Positions 56,123 to 64,000 of a stretch of 64,000 nucleotides of DNA are shown here, one piece after another. The notes beneath the pieces were generated by a model. It had not been told where the DNA came from, ran no database searches, and was given only the letters and a program-made list of their open reading frames with translations. This DNA is from an uncultured Halobacteriales archaeon (lineage in GTDB: Archaea > Thermoplasmatota > E2 > JACPAO01): the NCBI GenBank assembly GCA_964408365.1, contig CAYOZB010000001.1:2157-66156 (forward strand). Direction: 5' to 3'. The translations under genes and the position numbers were made by a program. Position 1 is the first letter of the stretch; the number at the start of each line of letters is the position of its first letter.

Positions 56123-57125
56123 GCCGTGTCTCACCTCCGTTGTGCCGGGCGACGCGGAGCAGGTCGCCGTAGACGTTGGTTGCGGTGCCGCGGCCTCCGG
56201 CGCCGATTCCGCGGACGAACAATTCGCCTGCGTTCGGCGTATCGATGAGGAGCGCGTTCTCCAATCCGTACACGCGAAGCGGGGAGTGCATCGGGAGAGT
56301 CTTGGCCTCGGTCTCGACGCGTCCCGGCGTCACGCGTGCGACAAGCCGCGTGCCTGGGACGAGCGTCTCGGGTTCCTGGAGGAACGATTGGATCCCCGTG
56401 CGTCTGACGCGTTTCCACGAGATCGGTTCCGGGAACATGGTATTGTGCAGGATCGTGGCTTTGGCGGCGAGGTCCCACCCGTCGAGGTCGTGCCGCTCAT
56501 CACGCTCGAGGATGCCGAGTTTTCGCGCCCGGTCGACGATCTCCCGAGGACCTGCGCGTCGGGCTTCGAGTTCGGTCAAGATGTAGGTGGTGGTGGCGTT
56601 GACGACGCCGGTCGCGCCTTGGACCTGGTGCGCTGCGGCGGCTTGCTCGAGGATCGGGATGAACGGGACGCTTCCACCGACGCACGCGCTGTAGCGAAGC
56701 TGGGCGCGTCCTTTCTCTTGCGCGGCGCGAAGGCGTTCGAAGCCGAGCACGAGGGACGCTTTCTCGGCGGAGACGACATCGATGCCTCGCTCTAGGGCGG
56801 CGATGCTGCCGGTAAGCGCGAGGCCGCCGGTCTCGTAGTCGCACGGGAGAAGGTTCAGGAGGATCTTCACGGGTTCCCGCTCAACAAGGTCCGGGGCGGA
56901 TGCTTGCGGTTCGAACCGTGCGCCGCGCAAGGAGCCGAGTCCTTTGCCTTGCTTGGCGTGAAGCAGATCGGCGGGGCGGATCCCCTCGCGAGCGATCACG
57001 GCGCCCGTGGAGTCTGCCGCCCAGGCGATGCGGAACCGGGGTTCGGGTCGTTCGGACCAGAGTTCGAGAAGGCCGCGTCCGACGCCGCCGAGGCCGAGGA
57101 TGCCGACGTCAACGGGCGGCGACAA
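56076..57125 (-). CDS. hom: Homoserine dehydrogenase
   Basis: LGLGGVG, VGGSVP, NATTTYIL, DLDGWDLAAK and GIGAG..TA motifs. Confidence 0.9.
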   Translation of the reverse strand: MSPPVDVGILGLGGVGRGLLELWSERPEPRFRIAWAADSTGAVIAREGIRPADLLHAKQGKGLGSLRGARFEPQASAPDLVEREPVKILLNLLPCDYETGGLALTGSIAALERGIDVVSAEKASLVLGFERLRAAQEKGRAQLRYSACVGGSVPFIPILEQAAAAHQVQGATGVVNATTTYILTELEARRAGPREIVDRARKLGILERDERHDLDGWDLAAKATILHNTMFPEPISWKRVRRTGIQSFLQEPETLVPGTRLVARVTPGRVETEAKTLPMHSPLRVYGLENALLIDTPNAGELFVRGIGAGGRGTATNVYGDLLRVARHNGGETRHGQTQVPQTKLHAHL

Positions 57126-58305
57126 CGGTCCTCCTCCGAGCGGCGGGCGCGGCCGCTTCCAAGCCGACGGCGAGGTCGGCTTTGAGGTCGTCGATGTGCT
57201 CGATGCCGACGCTCAGCCGCACGAGTCCGTCTCGGATGCCGGCCTTTGCCCGCAGTACCGCGGACATGGAGGCGTGCGTCATCGACGCGGGATGCGTGAT
57301 GATGGACTCCACGGCACCGAGGTTTTCGGCCAAGGAAAAGAGTTTCACGGCTTTCATGAACCGGACCCCTGCGTCGAATCCGTCGCGAAGCTCGAACGAC
57401 AGCATGCCGCCGTGCCCGGTCGATTGCTTCGTGGAAACGTTGTGGCCGGCGAAGGATTTGAGGCCCGGGTAATTCACGGTCGCGACGCGGGGATCCTTCT
57501 CCAGCCACTCGGCGATCTCCTGCGCGTTCTTGGAGTGCTGCGCCAAGCGCAAGGGCAACGTCTTGAGGCCTTGCAACGTGAGCCACGCCTCGAAGGGCGA
57601 CAAGATGATGCCCAACGCGTTCTGGTCGAATTTCAGACGCTCGTAGAGTTTCGCGTCGTTGACCAAGATGGCGCCGCCCGTCGTCGCATTGTGGCCTTCG
57701 ATGTACTTGGTCGTCGAGTACACGCTGATGTCCGCACCGAAATCGAGAGGACGCTGGTAGTAGGCGGTGAGGAACGTGTTGTCGACCGCGACCAAGGCGC
57801 CCGCTTTCTTGGCGACGTCGCACACGGCTCGGATGTCGGTCACTTTGAGGGTCGGGTTCGCCGGGGTCTCGATCACGACGAGTCGGGTGGGCTTCGCGAG
57901 GGCGGTCTTCACGGCTTTGAGGTCGCTGGTGTCGACGTATTCGACGATGACCCCGAATTTTTGGAACGTGTTGTTGAAGAGCCGCACCGTGCCGCCGTAC
58001 ACCGCGTCGCCGATGATGACGCGGTCACCTTGTTTGAGGAGACTCGTGCCGATGCACGTGATGGCGGCCATCCCGGTGCCGAAGCAGAGTCCGGGCTGTT
58101 TTGCGTCTTCGAGTGCGGCGAGCCGTCGTTCGAGGACGGACACCGTGGGGTTGCCGCTTCGACTGTACGCGTAGCCTTTGGTCTCGTTCGGTCCGGTCTG
58201 AAGATAGGTGGTGCTTTGGTAGATGGGTGGGAGAAGCGCGTTGAAGCCGGGTTCGGCGTCGTAGCCTGCGCGGATCGCGTCGGTCTCGAATTTTCGCGAC
58301 GTCAT
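57109..58305 (-). CDS. Cystathionine gamma-lyase/synthase (Cys/Met PLP family)
   Basis: YSRSGNPT, ETPANP, DNTF, STTKY.EGH and RLSVGIE motifs. Confidence 0.92.
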   Translation of the reverse strand: MTSRKFETDAIRAGYDAEPGFNALLPPIYQSTTYLQTGPNETKGYAYSRSGNPTVSVLERRLAALEDAKQPGLCFGTGMAAITCIGTSLLKQGDRVIIGDAVYGGTVRLFNNTFQKFGVIVEYVDTSDLKAVKTALAKPTRLVVIETPANPTLKVTDIRAVCDVAKKAGALVAVDNTFLTAYYQRPLDFGADISVYSTTKYIEGHNATTGGAILVNDAKLYERLKFDQNALGIILSPFEAWLTLQGLKTLPLRLAQHSKNAQEIAEWLEKDPRVATVNYPGLKSFAGHNVSTKQSTGHGGMLSFELRDGFDAGVRFMKAVKLFSLAENLGAVESIITHPASMTHASMSAVLRAKAGIRDGLVRLSVGIEHIDDLKADLAVGLEAAAPAARRRTVVAAR

Positions 58306-59312
58306 TTGGAACGGCCCCCGATCAACGGAGCGGCGACTTCGCGAAGAAGATCGACCTGGGGTGGTTCTTCCTTGAAGTTGGTTCGGAAATATTCGTCGTT
58401 GTAGACCTTGGACAAGTAGCGTTCGCCGCCATCGGGGATGATGACGAGGATCCGGTCTTCGCGGGAGAGTTTGCTTGCGACACCAATCGCGGCGTGAACG
58501 GCCGCGCCGGCTGAGCTGCCAGCGAAGATCCCTTCGAGTCGGGCGAGGCGTCGGCACGTCACGAACGCGTCCTTGTCGCCAACGCGGACCCATTCATCGA
58601 TGACCTGGCGCCACAGCGTGGCTGGGGTAAAGTCGTACCCGATTCCTTCGGTCAGGTAGGGCGCCGAGGGGGCTTTGGTGGCGAGGCTGGAGCCGATCGG
58701 GTCGACGCCGATGATTTTGATCTTCGGGTTCTTCTGCTTGAGGAAATTGCCGATGCCGCTGATGGTTCCCCCGGTGCCCGCTCCGGCGACGACCGCTGTA
58801 AGCGTCGCACCGAAGTCGTCCCAGATCTCGCGTCCGGTCTGGAAGTGTCCTTGGACGTTCGCCTGGTTCTCTGTTTGCGCGCAGAAAAACGCGCCCGGTC
58901 GCTCTTTGACGATGCGTTGGGCGACGCCGATGTAACTCTCAGGGTGATCGTGGGGCAGGGTGTCGCACACGTGCACTTCGGCGCCGAGGGCGCGCAAGAT
59001 AGCGACCTTTTCGGTCGTCATCTTCTTCGGGATCGTGATGACGACGCGGTAGCCCTTGACGGCCCCGATGAGGGCCAACGCGATGCCCGTGTTGCCGCTC
59101 GACGCCTCGACGAGTGTGTCCCCCGGGTGGATCTTGCCGCGTTTCTCCGCGTCGTCGACCACGGCGACCGCGCAACGGTCCTTGACGGATCCGCCCGGGT
59201 TGAGATATTCCAGTTTGGCATAGACTTCGGCGCCGCCTGCGCGGGGCAGCCGGTTGAGGCGGACGACGGGCGTCTTGCCCACGAGCGACAGGATGTTCTG
59301 GTGGATTACCAC
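58302..59312 (-). CDS. Cystathionine beta-synthase/cysteine synthase family PLP enzyme
   Basis: NPGGSVKDR, SSGNTG, GTGGT, EGIG and PDGGERYLSK; adjacent to the gamma-lyase. Confidence 0.92.
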   Translation of the reverse strand: MVIHQNILSLVGKTPVVRLNRLPRAGGAEVYAKLEYLNPGGSVKDRCAVAVVDDAEKRGKIHPGDTLVEASSGNTGIALALIGAVKGYRVVITIPKKMTTEKVAILRALGAEVHVCDTLPHDHPESYIGVAQRIVKERPGAFFCAQTENQANVQGHFQTGREIWDDFGATLTAVVAGAGTGGTISGIGNFLKQKNPKIKIIGVDPIGSSLATKAPSAPYLTEGIGYDFTPATLWRQVIDEWVRVGDKDAFVTCRRLARLEGIFAGSSAGAAVHAAIGVASKLSREDRILVIIPDGGERYLSKVYNDEYFRTNFKEEPPQVDLLREVAAPLIGGRSK

Positions 59313-59414
59313 AGGGACCCTCGTTGGGTTGCCGACGAGACGGGCCGCTCTTAATCATGACGGGGTACGTTATTCCTAAAAGAATATGTAGGGCCAAAGG
59401 TTCGGCGAGGACCG

Positions 59415-59999
59415 ATGATCCCCGAGATCGAGGAGATCCGACACGTGCGTCGGGAACTCGGCTTGACCCAGAAGGAGCTCGCGACGACGGCGGGGGTCAG
59501 TCAGAGTCTCATCGCGAAGATCGAAGGCGGCCTCGTCCAGCCTTCCTACGCGAACGTGAAGAAACTCCTCGAAGTGTTGGAGCGCGAGAAAACGCGTCGC
59601 CACCCGCCCGTCGCTGTCGGCAAGGTCTGCGCGCGCAACATCGTGTGGTGCGAAGCCAGCGAGAGCGTGCGGGACGCGGCGATCTTGATGCGCAAACACG
59701 GATTCTCGCAGCTTCCGGTGCGTCGACGCGGCGCTCCCGTGGGTTCGATCACGGACAAACTCTTGAGCGAAGCGTTGACGATCTCGGACCGCCCGGACGT
59801 CGTGGCTCAGCAACGTGTCGAAGAGATCATGGGCGAGCCGTTCCCGCAGTTGCCCGAGACGACGCCGTTGAAGGTCGCTTCGACGTTGCTGCAGTACGCG
59901 CCGGCGGTTTTGGTGATGCGAGAGAGTGAGCCGGTCGGGATGCTGACGAAGGCGGACTTGTTGAAGGTGCTCGCCGCGGAGTCGCCGTCGCGATCGTAG
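59415..59999 (+). CDS. XRE-HTH plus 2 CBS domain transcriptional regulator
   Basis: GLTQKELA...VSQSLIAKIE.G..PSY, FSQLPV and G.LTKAD motifs. Confidence 0.92.
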   Translation: MIPEIEEIRHVRRELGLTQKELATTAGVSQSLIAKIEGGLVQPSYANVKKLLEVLEREKTRRHPPVAVGKVCARNIVWCEASESVRDAAILMRKHGFSQLPVRRRGAPVGSITDKLLSEALTISDRPDVVAQQRVEEIMGEPFPQLPETTPLKVASTLLQYAPAVLVMRESEPVGMLTKADLLKVLAAESPSRS

Positions 60000-60642
60000 G
60001 GCGGGTCGTTGGCGCGGCGGTCCGTACCGCGGCGCGCAGTGGCGCGGGGGTCTCTTCTTCTTCGGCTTCGCGCGTGACCACGCGGGACAACGGTCGGACG
60101 TCGAAGCCGAGGCCGGGTTGCCACGTCTCGAACGCCGTGACGTAGAGGCCCGCCCCGAGGACGACGGCACCAAAGACCGAGATGAAACCGCGGTTGAGGA
60201 TTCCGTCGTAGTTGAGGTACACGAATGCGGCCCAGCCGACGCCGCCTTCGGCGCCGCTTACCGACGCCTTGAACAAGAACACGATGCCAAAGTAGACGAG
60301 GAAGAGTCCGAACACGAGGATGACCGGGTAGAACCGCATCCGAGGCGCCATGATCCCCCGTTCGCGCTTGTTGGCGGCCAACGCAGCGGTTTCCTTGGAG
60401 ACGCGGCCAAAGACGGCATAGCCCGCGATCCCGAGGACCAGCAAGATCAGGAATACGACGTGGAGCCCGGTGAACGTAATGAGCGTGGACGGGACGGCGA
60501 TGACGATGAAGATGTTCCCGGTCTGCAGGGCCCAGTCCCAGTTCCAACCGGGACCGAACATGATGCCCAGGACGACCGCCAACAGCGACGCCGCGGCCGG
60601 CAACGGGCGAACATGAACGGGCAGCCGGCGCGCGATCGACAC
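59827..60642 (-). CDS. Membrane protein of unknown function
   Basis: About 5 TMs; its low-complexity 3' tail overlaps the convergent CBS gene. Confidence 0.65.
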   Translation of the reverse strand: MSIARRLPVHVRPLPAAASLLAVVLGIMFGPGWNWDWALQTGNIFIVIAVPSTLITFTGLHVVFLILLVLGIAGYAVFGRVSKETAALAANKRERGIMAPRMRFYPVILVFGLFLVYFGIVFLFKASVSGAEGGVGWAAFVYLNYDGILNRGFISVFGAVVLGAGLYVTAFETWQPGLGFDVRPLSRVVTREAEEEETPAPLRAAVRTAAPTTRPTIATATPRRAPSTSPPSSASRPAHSLASPKPPARTAATSKRPSTASSRATAGTARP

Positions 60643-60758
60643 ACCTTTGCAGTCATCGTCGGCCTATTTAGCGGTGCGGCGGCGACGACAAACGGCGCTT
60701 CGGCGGTTACGCTAACGTTTTTATGGAAGGCGCCTGTGGTTCGAGGAGCGTCTTCTCC

Positions 60759-61694
60759 ATGAAGGTCCGGGTTCGCTTGTTCAGCATCCTGCGCGACCGC
60801 GCCGGAACGAGTGAAACCGAAATCCAGCTACCCGCGGGCGCTACGGTCGGAGGCGCGCTGGAGAACCTCGCCGAACGATTGCCGAGACTCGCGCCCACGC
60901 TCTTAGGGGCGGGCGGGTTTCCTTTGTTGTTGGCGGTGAACAGGGATTACGCCAAACGCGAGACCACGCTTCGCGATGGCGATGAACTCGCCGTCTTGCC
61001 GCCCGTTTCCGGCGGAAGCGGGTTGCCCCATGGGCTCTTGCTCCTAAGCGGCGGCTTCGACAGCCCCGTCGCCGGTTCCCTTGTCCTCGCCTCGGGACGC
61101 ACCCTCGACGCGGTGCACTACACGATGGAGCCGTTTACGGACGATGCCAGCGTGCACAAAGCGCGCGATTTGGCGCGTCGACTGGGCTTGGGACGCCTGA
61201 TCGTGATCCCGTTGGGCGAGGACTTGGCGGAATTCACCCGAAAATGCGGCCACCGCTACTACTTCATCCTCCTCAAACGGCTCATGGTTCGTGTCGCGGA
61301 ACGCGTGGCCGCCACAGTCGGCGCCTCGTTTCTCGTCACCGGGGAAAACCTGGGCCAGGTCAGCAGCCAAACACTGAGCAACCTCACCGTCATCGATCAG
61401 ATCTCCACCTTGCCCATCGTGCGTCCCGTCATCGGACTGGACAAACAGGAGATCGTCGACTACGCCAAACGCATCTCCACGTACGAAACCAGCCGCGGAC
61501 CGGAACTCTGCGATCTTCTCGGGCCGAAGCATCCGGCAACGCACAGTTCGGTCGCGGACATCCTCGCCGAGGAAGCCAAGCTCGACGTGGAAGCATTGGT
61601 CCGAAACGCGTTGTCGAAGGCCAAAACGGAGCCGCTCGTGCCGTTCGGGGTCCCTCTTACGAAACCCGGCGCCAGCGGAACGAAAGCGGTGTGA
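60759..61694 (+). CDS. MoaD/SAMP ubiquitin-like domain fused to a ThiI-like PP-loop domain (no THUMP)
   Basis: MKVRVRLFS...AVN.DY...LRDGDELAVLPPVSGG, then LSGGFDS, TGENLGQVSSQT, RPVIGLDKQEI and PELC. Confidence 0.88.
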   Translation: MKVRVRLFSILRDRAGTSETEIQLPAGATVGGALENLAERLPRLAPTLLGAGGFPLLLAVNRDYAKRETTLRDGDELAVLPPVSGGSGLPHGLLLLSGGFDSPVAGSLVLASGRTLDAVHYTMEPFTDDASVHKARDLARRLGLGRLIVIPLGEDLAEFTRKCGHRYYFILLKRLMVRVAERVAATVGASFLVTGENLGQVSSQTLSNLTVIDQISTLPIVRPVIGLDKQEIVDYAKRISTYETSRGPELCDLLGPKHPATHSSVADILAEEAKLDVEALVRNALSKAKTEPLVPFGVPLTKPGASGTKAV

Positions 61695-63285
61695 GCACCA
61701 AGAGACCCACAAGGAACACCCAACCCTGGGCGGTCCCGATGAGATCGGAGATGAAATCGTCGATGCTCTGCGAACCCGAGGCCAACTGCGACGCGGCTCC
61801 TGACCCGTATCCGACGGAGACGGGATCCTTGGCGTGCCTCGGATCGCCGGATTCGGCGCCGGCGTACTTCACTTTCCCGGCCAGGAACGAATCCATCGAA
61901 CCCGGTGCCTTGAGAGCGGTGCGGTACGCGTTGAGCGCATGCACGTAGCCTTTCCCGCTTTCCCACACGTCGTAGCCGGTGACAGGGGTGGAGGTGCTGA
62001 CGATGATGTCCATCACTTCGTCGGGGCTGAGGTCCGGGTTTCCTTCGATGAGGAGCGCCGCCACGCCCGACACGTGGGGCGCGGCCATGCTGGTGCCGCT
62101 CTTCGTCGTGTAAGGATTCGTCAAGCCGCCGTCCCCCTCGGTCGAGGCTTTGGCGGCCGTGATGGCAACGCCAGGCGCCATGACGTCCGGGTGATCGTAG
62201 GGTTGTTCGCGGATCGTCGGGTCACTGCCGCGTGAACTGAACCGGGCCAATTTGTTGAGGTAATCCCCGGCCGCGACGCCGAGGACCCACGGGGCGACCG
62301 CGTACTTGTTGAGGGTGTGCTCGCCGTTCTCGCCTTCATTGCCGGCGGCGAAGACGACGACGAGTCCATCCTTGTACATGAGCAGGCTCGCGATGTTGAT
62401 CGGGGAGCGCGGATCGAATTCACCGTTGGCGCCCCAGCTGTTGCTCACGACGCGGATGCCATATTTTTTCTGGTTGGCGATCGCATAGTTGAACGCTTCC
62501 AGCACGGTCTGGCTTTCGAACGCGATTTCGCCCGTCGCGGGGTCCTCGATCCCCGCAGCGAACCCGACGAGGTCCGCTTCGTGGGCGATGCCGCGGTATT
62601 TGCCGATGTCTCCTGCTTGCGCCCGTCCGCCGGCGATGCTTGCGACGTGCGTGCCGTGTCCGTCGAAATCAGTGAGCGGTTGGTTCTCGGCGCTTTGGGC
62701 ACTGAGGAGTCCGCCGCCGCTGAGGACGGGCTTGACGTTTTGGACGAGGTTCTCGCCCAGCCGGACGTCGGGATGGGTTCCGTCGACGCCGGAGTCGACG
62801 ATCATGATGGTCGCAGCTTTGCCGCGGACCCCGTAGGTCTTCCAGACGACAGACGCCCCGGTGTAGTCGGCCGAGCGGTCTAGTTGGAGTTCCATGTGTT
62901 CGTTGTGATAGATGACGAGGATACCGGGAACCCCAGAGAGATCCTCCAAGCGATCTTGGGGCAGTAGGACGGAGACCATGCGAAGCTCATCGTACGGGTG
63001 GAAGGGCAACCCCAACTGCGTGAGCGCCGCCGTGGCGTCGTCGTATGCCGATGGTTCGATGACGACGATGACGATCTGCGTCAGAGCGATTTCGAACCGT
63101 TCCAACACGATCGGATCGATGTAGAATGACCCCTCGGTGAGGCCCGCATACGCCTTCACGCCCGTGGAATCCGCGGTCGTGCCTGCCGTCGCTCCCGCCC
63201 CCGAGTCAACCTTGACCTGGCCTAGTGCAGACGTCGGTGTAAGGACAACAGCCCAAACGAGGAGCAAAGCGAGGATTCGACGCAA
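61657..63285 (-). CDS. Membrane-anchored S8 subtilase
   Basis: Signal peptide; DSGVD, GHGTHVA, AAGN and SGTSMAAPHV; C-terminal TM. Confidence 0.93.
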   Translation of the reverse strand: MRRILALLLVWAVVLTPTSALGQVKVDSGAGATAGTTADSTGVKAYAGLTEGSFYIDPIVLERFEIALTQIVIVVIEPSAYDDATAALTQLGLPFHPYDELRMVSVLLPQDRLEDLSGVPGILVIYHNEHMELQLDRSADYTGASVVWKTYGVRGKAATIMIVDSGVDGTHPDVRLGENLVQNVKPVLSGGGLLSAQSAENQPLTDFDGHGTHVASIAGGRAQAGDIGKYRGIAHEADLVGFAAGIEDPATGEIAFESQTVLEAFNYAIANQKKYGIRVVSNSWGANGEFDPRSPINIASLLMYKDGLVVVFAAGNEGENGEHTLNKYAVAPWVLGVAAGDYLNKLARFSSRGSDPTIREQPYDHPDVMAPGVAITAAKASTEGDGGLTNPYTTKSGTSMAAPHVSGVAALLIEGNPDLSPDEVMDIIVSTSTPVTGYDVWESGKGYVHALNAYRTALKAPGSMDSFLAGKVKYAGAESGDPRHAKDPVSVGYGSGAASQLASGSQSIDDFISDLIGTAQGWVFLVGLLVLTPLSFRWRRVS

Positions 63286-63460
63286 ACAAAAGAGACAGCA
63301 GTCTTCCGACTATAAGTAGGGTTTACCAAGCGGGAAATGTAGCGTCCGCGGCTCCGCGGCAAAAATGGGCCTTGGGACGCGCATCCTTCGAAGCTTGGGA
63401 AAAACTCGATTTAAGAGCCAACCCCGCCAGGAGAAGGTTGGACATCGGGAGTTGACAAAC

Positions 63461-64000
63461 GTGGAAACACGCGCACCATGGTTCATTCTAGGCATCCTGA
63501 TCGGTGCGACACTACTGCTTCCAATCGTCCTGTCCCAGGACGACACTCGTTCTTGGGAACAAGACGAACGTCGCTTAAGTTTCCAACAAACCCCCGACGG
63601 GTTCCGCTACGAGTCGACCCGCGATACCGACCTTGGAAACGACGTCGTCGAAGGCTCCTTCTCGACCCTAAACCGACGCTACTCCATGAGCTACCTCGAC
63701 CGCCTCTCCGCCAACATGACCCCGCTCCGCCTCGACGTCGCCTTCGAAGGCCTTCTCGAATACCAAGACATCGACGGCGACGACGCCTACAGCCTCGGCG
63801 ACCGGATCATTCAACGCCAGCGGCTCGTCGACCTGCCCGCTCCCACCCAGAAGGTGGATCCGTTACTCAACGGCGGCCAACGCGCGACCTACACGTACGC
63901 GCTCTCCGTTCTCGACCCCGAAAGCCAAGACGCTACCCTCCAAGTCGCGTTCAGCATCTTCCCGCGCGCCGAAACGATCGGGGACCAACTCGTGCCCCCG
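63461..64000 (+). CDS. Secreted hypothetical protein (3' truncated by window)
   Basis: Hand translation METRAPWFILGILIGATLLLPIVLSQDD...EGLLEYQDIDGD...; the frame appears open to the window end. Confidence 0.7.
   Translation, partial: METRAPWFILGILIGATLLLPIVLSQDDTRSWEQDERRLSFQQTPDGFRYESTRDTDLGNDVVEGSFSTLNRRYSMSYLDRLSANMTPLRLDVAFEGLLEYQDIDGDDAYSLGDRIIQRQRLVDLPAPTQKVDPLLNGGQRATYTYALSVLDPESQDATLQVAFSIFPRAETIGDQLVPP

Noticed and set aside
59827..59999. 173-bp convergent overlap as a dual-coding region
   Set aside because: The overlapping tail is low-complexity Ala/Ser/Thr/Pro/Arg sequence, more likely stop-codon drift.

Overview
High-GC archaeal DNA, most likely Thermoplasmatota. This is inferred from nurA-herA, mre11-rad50, FEN-1, split MetE, an HTH-CBS regulator, TATA-like boxes about 30 nt before leaderless starts, GGAGGTGA Shine-Dalgarno sites and many LAGC lipoproteins. 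The core content is DNA repair genes, tldD/pmbA, a surface-glycosylation cluster, a methionine/cysteine operon, SufS, an acyl-CoA dehydrogenase and secreted hydrolases. Two accessory regions stand out. The first (about 4.3-8.1 kb) holds small ORFs, a PD-(D/E)XK nuclease coupled to a multi-wHTH/Zn protein, and vapBC. The second (about 39-50.2 kb) holds abiEi/abiEii, a kinase-less 7TM protein and a four-gene module. That module has two triple-repeat DUF3224-like lipoproteins, a wHTH-FHA regulator and a 7TM Ser/Thr kinase. Both lipoprotein genes carry the same palindromic motif exactly 46 nt before their ATG. The module is bracketed by diverged repeats of about 230 bp, built from atypical tRNA-Leu(GAG)-like genes (G discriminator) alternating with tRNA-derived hairpin modules. 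Other unusual architectures are a ubiquitin-like (MoaD/SAMP)-ThiI fusion lacking THUMP and a GT-C glycosyltransferase-GH99 fusion. All family calls are by-eye motif recognition; no database searches were run.
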